Shown here in pieces: positions 1-8,892 of a DNA stretch of 64,000 nt. Position 1 is the first letter of the stretch. Every line of letters starts with the position of its first letter. The notes beneath the pieces were generated by a model. That model worked only from the letters and a program-made list of their open reading frames with translations. It did no database searches and had not been told where the DNA came from. The stretch spans positions 480,001-544,000 of the forward strand of contig CBDCVR010000013.1 in assembly GCA_965223155.1 (NCBI GenBank), written 5' to 3'. A program made the position numbers and the translations under genes. This DNA comes from Candidatus Multivoradales bacterium. Lineage in GTDB: Bacteria; Acidobacteriota; Thermoanaerobaculia; Multivoradales; JAHEKO01.

Positions 1-546
1 CTGGCAGGCCACCGGCTGCTTGCCAATCGCCTCAACAAAGCGAAACGCGGCATCGAACGCCTCGTCCGAGGTCATCAAGGTGCGGATCACCTCGACCAGC
101 TTCATGACCGGAACCGGATTGAAGAAATGCAGGCCCAGGAACCAGTCTGTCCGCTCGGTCGCCATCGCCAGCTCGGTGATGGTCAGCGATGACGTATTGC
201 TGGCGAATAGCGCCTCCGGTTTGACGATCTTGTCGAGAGCGGCGTAGGTCCGGCACTTCTCTTCGACGTTCTCGATAATCGCCTCCACGATCAGGTCGCA
301 GTCGGCCAGGTCGCCGTCGTCGGTGGTGCCGGTCAGGCGTTCGAGGGCTCCATCCCTGGCTTCCTCGTCCAGCTTGCCCTTGGCCACCGCCCGGTCCAGG
401 GACTTGGCGATCCTGCCCAGCCCCTTCTCCAAGAATTCCTCGTTGACCTCCCGGACGACGGTCTCGAGCCCGGCCTTGGCGGCCACTTCGGCGATGCCCG
501 CTCCCATCAGTCCACAGCCCAGCACTCCTACCTTCTGAATCTCCAT
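1..546 (-). CDS. hbd: 3-hydroxybutyryl-CoA (3-hydroxyacyl-CoA) dehydrogenase, 3' end outside window
   Basis: Manual translation from ATG at 546: MEIQKVGVLGCGLMGAGIA (Rossmann GxGxxG), EAIIEN, ASNTSSL, GLHFFNPVPVMKLVEV; GAGGAG SD upstream. Confidence 0.9.
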   Translation of the reverse strand, partial: MEIQKVGVLGCGLMGAGIAEVAAKAGLETVVREVNEEFLEKGLGRIAKSLDRAVAKGKLDEEARDGALERLTGTTDDGDLADCDLIVEAIIENVEEKCRTYAALDKIVKPEALFASNTSSLTITELAMATERTDWFLGLHFFNPVPVMKLVEVIRTLMTSDEAFDAAFRFVEAIGKQPVACQ

Positions 547-567
547 CGACTTGTCTCCTCGTTCCGG

Positions 568-984
568 CTAGCCGGTCAGTTCCTGCATTCTGCGTTCAGA
601 GTCCGCGCCCGCCTCGATCCTGAGACGCAGCGCGTCGGGAACCGGAAACGGCAGCTTCTCGGCCCACTCCACCACCTTGACTCCCTCGCCCGCGAGCAGC
701 TCCTCCAGCCCCAGCGCCTCGATCTCGGCCGCCTCCACTCGGTAGAGGTCGACGTGCACGAGCCGGGCACCGGAAGCATTGTATTCGTGAATCAGGGAAA
801 AGGAAGGCGACTGAATCTCATCCGGTTCGAAGCCCAAGCCGGCGGCGACGCCCTGCGTAAGCACGGTCTTGCCCGCGCCCATGGGGCCGGACAGGAGCAG
901 GATGCCGTTCGGGGCGAGCTCGGCTGCGAGCTCGCCGCCCACCGCGCGCGTCTCCTCCGGGTTCGCCGCCGTCCAGGTTCTCAC
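568..984 (-). CDS. tsaE: tRNA threonylcarbamoyladenosine biosynthesis ATPase TsaE
   Basis: C-terminal part of ORF 568..1794: GPMGAGKT P-loop, SPSFSLIHEY, HVDLYR, VEWAE; GTG start at 984 overlaps the nnr stop (GTGA). Confidence 0.93.
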   Translation of the reverse strand: MRTWTAANPEETRAVGGELAAELAPNGILLLSGPMGAGKTVLTQGVAAGLGFEPDEIQSPSFSLIHEYNASGARLVHVDLYRVEAAEIEALGLEELLAGEGVKVVEWAEKLPFPVPDALRLRIEAGADSERRMQELTG

Positions 985-2537
985 CCGGAGCTCGCTCTGG
1001 ACAGGCTGCCCAGAGCCTCCGGCAAGGCCGCCACGACGTCCGAAGCGTTGAGCCCGATCTCGCCCAGGACGCCGGCGGCCAGATCGCCGGCCAGGCCATG
1101 CGCGAACGTGGCGACCTGCGCCGCCCTCAACGGCACCAGCCCCTGGCCTGGCAAGGCCGCGACCGTGCCGGTCAAGACGTCCCCCGTGCCACCGCTGGCC
1201 AGCCCCGGATTGCCCGTGGAATTGACGAACACGCCCCCTCCGGCTTCCGCGATCACGCTCGGCCGGCCCTTGAGGAGGACCAGGGCCCCGGTCGCCTCCG
1301 CCGCCCGCCGCGCCCAGGTCACGCGTTCCGCGCCGACCTCGGCGGTCGAGCACTCCATGAGCCGCGCCAGCTCGCCGGAATGCGGCGTCAGAATCCGCGG
1401 AGCCGGGGATCCGGCCAGCTCGTCCGCTCGACCCGCGAAAGCGTTGATGGCGTCGGCGTCCACCACCACCACTCCGTCCAACGAGCCGACGACCTCCCGG
1501 ACCACGGTGGCGGTCTCGCCCTCCAAGCCCAGTCCCGGGCCGAGCGCCACCGCGCTCTTGCCCTCGGCACTCTCCAGGATCCTCGCCGCCGCCGCCTCGC
1601 CGAGTCCGCCGCCGCCGGCTTCCGGCAGCGCCAGGGTCATGGACTCGATCGAGGCCAAGTCCACGGCGTCCCGGCACGAGGCCGGCGTGGCCACGGTAAC
1701 CAGGCCGGCGCCCGCGCGCACCGCCGCCCGGGCGGCCAGAATCGCCGCCCCGGTCTTGCCTGGAGATCCCGCAACCAGCAGGACGTGGCCGCAATCGCCC
1801 TTGTGCGCCGTCGCCGGGCGCGCCGGCAGCGCCCCGGCCACGCTGGCCTCGTCCAACCAGTGGAGATCCCCGGGAGCGGACTCGATCAGGCTCTCGGGAA
1901 TTCCCAGGTCGCTCACGTACACTCGGCCGGCGGCCCCGGCCGCCGGAAAGAAGACGTGCGCCGGCTTGAGCGCGCCCAGCGCAACCGTCGCTCGCGCCGG
2001 CAAATGCGGCCCGAACCGGGCGCTCGAGTCGCCGTTGAGGCCGCTCGCCAGATCGACCGCCACCGAGGGCGCCCTCAGACCCGCCACGGCCTCGACCAGG
2101 TCCGCGAACTGCCCGTCAAGCGGCCGCGACAATCCGGTCCCGAAGAGTGCATCGACCACCGCGTCGGCACCGGCCGCCGCCGTCACCGCGGCTTCAATGG
2201 CCTCGCCGGCCCCGATCTCGATCATCGGCCCTTGCATTCCGCCGAGAATGCGGCGCTGCATCGCGGCCTCGCCCGAGCATTTCCGGCCGCCGGTGATCAC
2301 AACGGCGGTGGCATCGACCCCGCGCACCAAGAGATGCCGGGCCACCGCCAGTCCGTCGCCACCGTTGTTGCCCGGCCCGCACAAGACCACGACGCGGCCG
2401 GCCTCCGGGAACTCCCGGTCCAGGACCTCCACCACGCCCAGAGCGGCGTTCTCCATCAGCACCGCGCCGGGTACGCCCAGCTCCTCGATGGCGGTTCGGT
2501 CCACGCCGCGCATCGCTTCGTTGGCGAGGATTCTCAT
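981..2537 (-). CDS. nnr: Bifunctional NAD(P)H-hydrate epimerase/dehydratase (YjeF)
   Basis: LMENAA, CGPGNNGGDG, DALFGTG, HKGDCG, GPGLG, DADA, TPHSGEL, NPGLASGGTGDVLTG motifs; adjacent to tsaE. Confidence 0.95.
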   Translation of the reverse strand: MRILANEAMRGVDRTAIEELGVPGAVLMENAALGVVEVLDREFPEAGRVVVLCGPGNNGGDGLAVARHLLVRGVDATAVVITGGRKCSGEAAMQRRILGGMQGPMIEIGAGEAIEAAVTAAAGADAVVDALFGTGLSRPLDGQFADLVEAVAGLRAPSVAVDLASGLNGDSSARFGPHLPARATVALGALKPAHVFFPAAGAAGRVYVSDLGIPESLIESAPGDLHWLDEASVAGALPARPATAHKGDCGHVLLVAGSPGKTGAAILAARAAVRAGAGLVTVATPASCRDAVDLASIESMTLALPEAGGGGLGEAAAARILESAEGKSAVALGPGLGLEGETATVVREVVGSLDGVVVVDADAINAFAGRADELAGSPAPRILTPHSGELARLMECSTAEVGAERVTWARRAAEATGALVLLKGRPSVIAEAGGGVFVNSTGNPGLASGGTGDVLTGTVAALPGQGLVPLRAAQVATFAHGLAGDLAAGVLGEIGLNASDVVAALPEALGSLSRASSG

Positions 2538-3232
2538 GCTGGAGCCAGCAGGCGCCAGGAGCGCAGGAGATCGGCGGTGGCGGGCGCCGAAACCGCTCCC
2601 AGGTTCAGGTGCTCGATCAAACGCTCGAGATCCTCGGGGCGATCGACGTCTGAGGCCTCATCCAGGAGCTCGACGCCCAGGCCCAGCTCGAGACAGCGTT
2701 CGAGAGTCGCCGCAAGGACACCGTCGGTGCTCCAGGGCACATCCTGGAAGAGGCGCCGATTCAGAACTCCCTGCCGGGCAGCGATCAGGTAGTAGCCGCC
2801 ATCCAGGGCCGGCCCGATCGCCACGTCTTCACCCTGGCGCAGCACCTCGAGCGCTCGCTCGACGGTGGCCAGCGGCAGCTCGGGATGATCGGAGCCGATC
2901 GCCGCCACCAGGGGATAGCGTTCTCCGGCGGTCCGGAGCGCGTTCCAGAGCCGGTCGCCCAGGCTCGCGCCTACCTGACGGAGGACGGGCGGATCCGCTC
3001 TCGAGAATTCGGACGGCAGTCTCGGCGGCATCTCGCCCTCGTCCAGGGCCCAGGTCAGATGCAGATCGAAGTCTCCGGGCTGCAAGCGAGCGATCAGATC
3101 GGTGACAAAGGCCCAGTGGAGCTCTGCCGCCTGCTCGGCGCTCAACCCGGCCGCCGCTTCTCCGACCAACCGGGTCTTCACCCGGCCCGGATGCGCCGGC
3201 TTGGTGAAAAGAAGAACAGCGGCGTCCTGCAC
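2534..3232 (-). CDS. DUF2064 / TIGR04282-family GT-A-like transferase
   Basis: FTKPAHPGRVKTRL, IGSDHPEL, GPALDGGYYLI, WST, DVDRPEDL motifs. Confidence 0.85.
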   Translation of the reverse strand: MQDAAVLLFTKPAHPGRVKTRLVGEAAAGLSAEQAAELHWAFVTDLIARLQPGDFDLHLTWALDEGEMPPRLPSEFSRADPPVLRQVGASLGDRLWNALRTAGERYPLVAAIGSDHPELPLATVERALEVLRQGEDVAIGPALDGGYYLIAARQGVLNRRLFQDVPWSTDGVLAATLERCLELGLGVELLDEASDVDRPEDLERLIEHLNLGAVSAPATADLLRSWRLLAPA

Positions 3233-3369
3233 GTGACGATTCTAGCGGCTCTGGGCACCGGTCCTCCGAGTACCAGGCGTGGGTCGTGGCCGGAGCGCGA
3301 CTCGGCCTCGCTCGTTCTCTCGATCCCGCGGTGCGCGGCGCACTCCCATGAGGCCGCCGTGGATGTCGG

Positions 3370-4482
3370 CTAGTGGGGGCCTGGGCCAGCCGTGCCCAGC
3401 GAGGCGTCTCCGGAGTCGCCCCCTGCCGGCGCCCGCCAGCGCCGCGCCAAGACCTCGCGGGCACCGGCCTCGCGCATCGAGAAGTTCCGCCGGCGCGAAC
3501 TCGACCCCGGCATCCACTTCCACCAGTACATCCCGGAGACGAACTCTTCGGCTTCCAGGACCTCGAGAGCGACGTCGATGAGCGCGTGGCGGAGACTCCG
3601 GGCCGACTCGGTGTCCAAAGTGGCGTACTCCCAGGGCTCCCGGGCCGCTTTCGGGTGCAGGTTGTAGCCGATCTCGGCGACCAGAACGGGCTTACCGAAG
3701 CGCTCGGACAGAGTCCGCAACCGCTGCAACGGACCGAGCCAGCCCGCCTCCAGCTCGGGCCGGCCGGGCGCCGGAGAGTCGCTCAGCGGGAAGTACGCGT
3801 GCACTCCGATCTCGTCGAGCGCGTCCCAGAACGGGACGTCCTCGATCCGATCCCAGTTCGCGGCGTAGACCAGGGTTCCGGAGTAGACCGCGCGCACCCC
3901 CGCCAGGATCCGGCGCCAGGCGGCCTCGAACTCGAGCGTCGCGTCGAGCTCCACTCCCACCGCCAGCCGCGGAAGTTCGTAACGGGCCGCAAAGCGGGCT
4001 TGATCCAGGATGAAGGCTTCGTAGTCCGCGAAGAACCGATCCCAGGCGGCCCGGTCGTCCCCGAAGTCGATCGCTCCACGCCAGGAAAACTGACCCCAGT
4101 ACCCGAGGTGCGGCTTCCAGAAGAGCTCGATGCCCGCCTCCTCGGCCAAGGCCACGGCCCGGGCCAGGAAGTCGAGCTCCTGGGCGGGACGAAACTCGAC
4201 GCGGCCGTCCCGCTTGACCCAGCCATACGGATGAATGGCGACGGCCTCGACTCCCAGCTCTCCCAGCTCGACCAGGGTTTCCCCCATCGCCGGCGAGCCC
4301 CAGATGGGACCCCAGCCCGGACACGAGACCACCATGCCCCGGTCGAAGGCATGGCTCGCGCCCGGCAGGACCGCGAGCAGAGCGACCGCGAAGACCAGGG
4401 CACCGGGCCGGGTAGCCAAAGTACCCAAGTGCAGCGGCACCGAGCTCGGCGCGAGTCGCGACACTGCCCGGAACTCCGGCAC
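3370..4482 (-). CDS. Secreted TIM-barrel glycoside hydrolase, GH113-like
   Basis: Signal peptide ending ASHA; KPHL, WRG, VGVEL, YAANWD, FWDALDEIGVHAYFPL, AEIGY motifs; start uncertain. Confidence 0.75.
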   Translation of the reverse strand: MPEFRAVSRLAPSSVPLHLGTLATRPGALVFAVALLAVLPGASHAFDRGMVVSCPGWGPIWGSPAMGETLVELGELGVEAVAIHPYGWVKRDGRVEFRPAQELDFLARAVALAEEAGIELFWKPHLGYWGQFSWRGAIDFGDDRAAWDRFFADYEAFILDQARFAARYELPRLAVGVELDATLEFEAAWRRILAGVRAVYSGTLVYAANWDRIEDVPFWDALDEIGVHAYFPLSDSPAPGRPELEAGWLGPLQRLRTLSERFGKPVLVAEIGYNLHPKAAREPWEYATLDTESARSLRHALIDVALEVLEAEEFVSGMYWWKWMPGSSSRRRNFSMREAGAREVLARRWRAPAGGDSGDASLGTAGPGPH

Positions 4483-4505
4483 CGAGGCTCAGCCGCCGAA
4501 GCGGC

Positions 4506-6953
4506 CTAGCCGCGCTCCTCGGGCGCCCGCCACAAGAGCGCCACCAGCTCGACGTCCACGTCCGCCCGGCGCGGCTTCACGGTCTCGGTCTCGAACTCTT
4601 CGCGTAGCGGGTCGAAGCGGTCCTCGACCGCTTCCAGCGCGCTCTCCAGCTCGGCGTTCATCTCTTCGAGCTCTTCGATGATGACGTCGATGTTCTCTTC
4701 GGCCCGCTCGACGTCTTCCTTCTCCTTCGCGGTCCGGCTCATGCCCTTGGCGGCGGTCGTCGCCCGGCCAAGGCTCGACAGGCTGAACTTCTTGGAGCCG
4801 GCAACCGCCGCCAGCAGGGCCGAGCCCATCGAGATCACGTTCTGGAGCTTCTGGCCCTTGACCTGGTCCTTCTCCTTCTCGAGCGTCTGTCGCGCCTTGC
4901 GCAACTTCTCTTCGAGGCGCTCGATCTTGGTCTCGTACTTCTCCTGCACCTCCACCTTGGCCTCGTCCCGGCGCTCGCGGGCGCGCTCTGCCAGGCGAAT
5001 CCGGAAGTCCCGCTCCGATTCCAAAGGCTCGGAGGTGGCATCGAAGGCCGGACTGTGGAGGAGATCCAGCCCGCGCGTCCGGTACAGGAAGTCCGAGAAC
5101 TCCTTCTCCCACTTCGAGAAATTTCGCGACTTGGCCGCGGCGTCCGGCACCGGAGCGAAGCGGCCGCTGTCGGGCTGGCCGCGGTCCAGATCCCGGTCCG
5201 TGATCCCAGTCTCGGTGCCGTCCTCCCAGTCGATGTCGATGACCTCGCCGCGGAGTTCGATGCCGAGCGAGATCTCCTCCTTGTGCAAGGTCCTCTTGGT
5301 GGACCGATCCACGTACTGCACGCTGCCCAGGCCCAGCAAATAGGGCCGGTACTCTGGTCTCTCGCGCCGGCTCTCGACGTGGTACTGCGGCACCGAGGGC
5401 GGCAGCGCCGGGCGCTCCAGGGCCGCCGAACGAACCGGCGCCTCGGTGGTGGCGGCCGGTGAGGGCGCCGCCGGCCCGGCCCCGGTCGCGGCCGCGCCTG
5501 CGGCGGGACTCGGGTCCGGGCTTCGGGACTCGCGCTCTGACTTGCGGTCCGCCATCAAGCGCTTGATCTGGCCGCGAGTGAGCGGACCTCGCAGATACGA
5601 CAGCACCCACCGGGTGTGAAACAGTACCGGGCCATCTTCGTGCACGTTGTGGAGCAGAAAGACACGCTTGCCCAAACCCGAGAGGACTTCCTCCATGGTC
5701 TTGCGGTCGAAGCCGCTCGCGCCGGCCCGAATGCCTTCGAGACCGTCCAGAACTCGCTCCTTGTCCCGCTCGGTCTGCAGCCGGCCCAGGAACCAGGTCC
5801 CGGTATTGGACAGTCCCTTGTAGTCCAGGTCCACCGGATTCTGGGTCGCCAGGACGACGCCCACGCCATAGGCCCGCGCCTGCTTCAGAAGGGTCAGGAG
5901 CGGCCTCTTCGACGGCGGCTCGGCCACCGGCGGCATGTAGCCGAAGATCTCGTCCATGTAGACCAGGGCGCGCAGACTGGTGGTTCCGGGACGGGACCGC
6001 ATCCAGGAAACCGTCTGGTTGAGCAGCAGCGAAACGAAGAACATGCGCTCGGCCTCGCCCAGGTGCGCGATCGAGAAGATCGCCACCCGCGGCTTGCCCT
6101 CGGGGGTATAGAGCATGTTCTGGAGGTCGAGGGCTTCGCCGGTGAGCCAGCCTTGAAACCCCGGTGCCGCCAGGAGGTTGTTGATCTGCATGGCGAGCTT
6201 GAACCGATCCTTGGAAGGAAAGAAGGAGTCCAGGTCCATGACCCCGACCTTGTCCACCTTGGGCTCCTGCACGGCGTGGATGAGATCTCCGAGCTCCAGG
6301 CTGCGGCCCGCCCGCCAGGCATCGGTGAAGATGGTCGACAACAGGATGTGCTCCCGGCTCTGGATGGGATCGGCGTTGATACCCAGGAGACCCAAGAGGC
6401 TGGTCGCCGTGGTGCCGACGCGCTCCCGCAAGAGGTCGCCATCCTCGCGGATCTGTTCCGAAGGCGCCGCGAACGACGACAGAATCGAGACCGGCAGGCC
6501 GGCGTCGCTCCCTGGCGTATAGACGGCGAAGTCGGCGGCGTCCTTCAAGCGCTGAATCCGCTCGCCGGTCTGGCCGTAGAAGCCGATCCCCTTGCGCCAA
6601 AGCTCGGCTTGCTGGGCCGCGAACTCGTCCGGGGTCATGTCCTTGCGCGCGGCGTCGTCCTCGTTGATCCAAGGTCGGAAGTCTTCGGGCGCCAGATCCG
6701 GAAAGGTCAAGAGAAGGTTCGAGAGATCGCCCTTGGGGTCGATCACCACGGCCGGAATGCCGTCGATCGCGGCTTCCTCCAAGAGCCCGATGCACAGGCC
6801 CGTCTTGCCGCTCCCGGTCATGCCCAGGCAGACCGCGTGGGTCACTAGATCCTTCGAGTCGTAGAGCAACAGCTCGTCCTGCTCCTTGCCCGCCTCGAGA
6901 TCGTAGTGCTTGCCGAGGTAAAACGAACCCAGCTTTTCAAACGTCTCCATCAA
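4506..6953 (-). CDS. HerA/FtsK-superfamily (DUF87/DUF853-like) ATPase with C-terminal coiled coil
   Basis: Walker A GMTGSGKT, IDPKGD, Walker B YMDEIFG, QARAYG, ATQNPVDLDYK; AAGGAG SD. Confidence 0.85.
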   Translation of the reverse strand: MMETFEKLGSFYLGKHYDLEAGKEQDELLLYDSKDLVTHAVCLGMTGSGKTGLCIGLLEEAAIDGIPAVVIDPKGDLSNLLLTFPDLAPEDFRPWINEDDAARKDMTPDEFAAQQAELWRKGIGFYGQTGERIQRLKDAADFAVYTPGSDAGLPVSILSSFAAPSEQIREDGDLLRERVGTTATSLLGLLGINADPIQSREHILLSTIFTDAWRAGRSLELGDLIHAVQEPKVDKVGVMDLDSFFPSKDRFKLAMQINNLLAAPGFQGWLTGEALDLQNMLYTPEGKPRVAIFSIAHLGEAERMFFVSLLLNQTVSWMRSRPGTTSLRALVYMDEIFGYMPPVAEPPSKRPLLTLLKQARAYGVGVVLATQNPVDLDYKGLSNTGTWFLGRLQTERDKERVLDGLEGIRAGASGFDRKTMEEVLSGLGKRVFLLHNVHEDGPVLFHTRWVLSYLRGPLTRGQIKRLMADRKSERESRSPDPSPAAGAAATGAGPAAPSPAATTEAPVRSAALERPALPPSVPQYHVESRRERPEYRPYLLGLGSVQYVDRSTKRTLHKEEISLGIELRGEVIDIDWEDGTETGITDRDLDRGQPDSGRFAPVPDAAAKSRNFSKWEKEFSDFLYRTRGLDLLHSPAFDATSEPLESERDFRIRLAERARERRDEAKVEVQEKYETKIERLEEKLRKARQTLEKEKDQVKGQKLQNVISMGSALLAAVAGSKKFSLSSLGRATTAAKGMSRTAKEKEDVERAEENIDVIIEELEEMNAELESALEAVEDRFDPLREEFETETVKPRRADVDVELVALLWRAPEERG

Positions 6954-7085
6954 CCGTCTCCTTGCTCCGCTGCTCCACTGCTCTGCTGCTTCGCTTCTCC
7001 ACTTGCTCGGATACCTGGCCGGCTACCGCGCCGACCGCGCCCCGCCGGCCGATTCTAGAACGCCGGCGCCTCGGCTACGCCGGAC

Positions 7086-8363
7086 CTAGCGATCCCAGGC
7101 CGAGGGATCCAGCGCGTACGGCAGCGGCGTCAGCGTCTCGAGGCCCTCGGCGCTCACGAGGAAGAGATCCTCGAGCCGCACTCCCCAGCCGCGATCCGGG
7201 TCATACAGACCCGGTTCCAGGGTGATGACGTCGCCGGGCTCGAGCCTGGCGGCCTCCGGGAACGGCTGTTCGAAGCGCTCGGGATCGCGAAATGTGGGCG
7301 GCTCGTGAAGCTCGTATCCAACGCCATGGCCGAGACCGTGGACGTACCCCACCCGAGTGCCGGCATGGCTGCGCCCGGTTTCGTGGCCGGCCGCCTCGAA
7401 ACGGTCACAGGCCAGCTCGTGCAGCGCGAACCCCTGAATCCCGGATGACGCCGACGCGACCACGTCCTCCAGCACTTGCCGGCAGAGCGCGTGTGCCGCC
7501 GCCAGCTCATCCGGCGGCGTGCCCACACAAAAGGTCCGGGTGCAGTCGGCGAAAAGACCCGCCGCCGGGAAGAGATCCACCAGCACCGCTTCGCCCGCTC
7601 GGACCACCCGCTCGTCTTCGCCGGCGCTGTGAGGCACGCCGGCCTCGGGGCCACAGGCGACGATGTTGCCGTGGGGTTGCTCAAGTCCATGCCTCGCCAG
7701 CTCGACCGCGATCTCCCGGCGCAAACGTCCGACCCGGAGCGGCTCGTTTCGGTGGACCAGGTCTCCGTGCGCTCCGATCCGGGCGTCCGCTAGACAACGC
7801 GCGGTGCGCTCGAACGCGGCGCAGGCGCCGCGCGCGCTTGCGCGGATCGCAGCCAGCTCACTCGAGGTCTTGGTCTTGCGGGCTGCCAGCACCGCCGGCC
7901 TACCGTCATGGCACGAGTAACCCGCCCGACTGAGAGCGCTCCCCAGCTCGTAGGCAAGGGCGGCAGGCAGCCGGCCTGCCAGAGCCAGCGGCCCGGCCAC
8001 GACCTCCCGGGAGGCCAGCGCGGCCAGCACCGCCCGGCACCAGCGCTCGGTCTCGGTCCGCGCCGCAGCCGGGCTGGATCCTGCCGGAGATCCGGTCTTC
8101 CGAGCGAGTTCGCGCGGGCCCAGAAGCTCGAAACCGGTCGCGGCCGCTTCGTCCCGCTCCATGTCCACGAAGAAGCCCAGGAGCGGCGCGCCGTGACGCG
8201 GCCACACCAGCAGGCACTCACCTAGATGGGCGGAGCCCACGAACGGCGCCAGGTCGGGGTCCCGCCCCGACGCCGCCAGAATCACCAGAGCCTCGCTCCC
8301 AGCCCGATCCAGGGCAGAAGCGAGGCTCTCGGCTCGGGCCCCGAATCCGCGGGGCCCGCTCAA
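7086..8363 (-). CDS. Xaa-Pro peptidase family (M24B) protein
   Basis: VPHS, VDLFP, ADCTRTF, HGLGHGVG, HEPP, LEPGLY, VRLED metal-binding motifs; TTG start at 8363 is inferred. Confidence 0.85.
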   Translation of the reverse strand: MSGPRGFGARAESLASALDRAGSEALVILAASGRDPDLAPFVGSAHLGECLLVWPRHGAPLLGFFVDMERDEAAATGFELLGPRELARKTGSPAGSSPAAARTETERWCRAVLAALASREVVAGPLALAGRLPAALAYELGSALSRAGYSCHDGRPAVLAARKTKTSSELAAIRASARGACAAFERTARCLADARIGAHGDLVHRNEPLRVGRLRREIAVELARHGLEQPHGNIVACGPEAGVPHSAGEDERVVRAGEAVLVDLFPAAGLFADCTRTFCVGTPPDELAAAHALCRQVLEDVVASASSGIQGFALHELACDRFEAAGHETGRSHAGTRVGYVHGLGHGVGYELHEPPTFRDPERFEQPFPEAARLEPGDVITLEPGLYDPDRGWGVRLEDLFLVSAEGLETLTPLPYALDPSAWDR

Positions 8364-8409
8364 GAGGGACCGGTGGGCACGCGCGTCCGCCTCCCGGTCA
8401 TCGGCTCCC

Positions 8410-8736
8410 TCAAGAGTTGCGGTCCAGGAAGTCGACGAACGCCCCCTTGGGCATTGCGCCGACCATGCGATCCGCGACCTGGCCGTCCTTGAACAGGACA
8501 AACGCCGGAATGCTCGACACGTTGAACTGCATCGCCAGCTCCTGGTTCTGGTCCACGTTCAACTTGGCGATCTGGACCTTGTCCTGCTCGCCCGCCAGCT
8601 CGTCCAGAACCGGCGCCACCATCCGGCACGGCCCACACCACTCGGCCCAGAAGTCCACCAGGACGGGCTTGTCCGAGTTGAGTACCTGCTGTTCGAAATT
8701 GTCGTTGTTGAGCTCCAGAATTGCCTCGCTTGCCAT
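8410..8736 (-). CDS. trxA: Thioredoxin
   Basis: VDFWAEWCGPCR active site, 108 aa. Confidence 0.97.
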   Translation of the reverse strand: MASEAILELNNDNFEQQVLNSDKPVLVDFWAEWCGPCRMVAPVLDELAGEQDKVQIAKLNVDQNQELAMQFNVSSIPAFVLFKDGQVADRMVGAMPKGAFVDFLDRNS

Positions 8737-8806
8737 CTACCTGTCTCTCTTTCTCTCGAAATTGCTTCTGCGAAGAACCCGACCGGCCCTTGCCCTGCCC
8801 TAGTGC

Positions 8807-8834
8807 CAACACGGCGGACGGGGAAGGAATTCCC
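8807..8834 (-). promoter_or_regulatory. ECF sigma (sigmaR/SigH-like) promoter upstream of trxA
   Basis: Minus strand reads GGGAAT-tccttccccgtccgccgt-GTTG, i.e. GGAAT-N18-GTT, about 70 nt upstream of trxA. Confidence 0.55.
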
Positions 8835-8892
8835 GGCGCGGCAGCCCCTGCCGGCCCTCCGGAGCGGGGCCCGGATCGCGACGCAGCCTACC

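Noticed and set aside
754-3105. Long antisense or alternative-frame ORFs (e.g. 754..3105, 4489..6795, 10081..12153, 36276..38066, 61050..62870)
   Set aside because: They overlap well-supported genes, are Arg/Pro/Ala-rich without motifs, and are expected shadows in high-GC DNA
4506-6953. HerA-like ATPase as an anti-phage defence system or conjugation VirB4/VirD4
   Set aside because: No nuclease, Sir2, T4SS, integrase or compositional anomaly nearby
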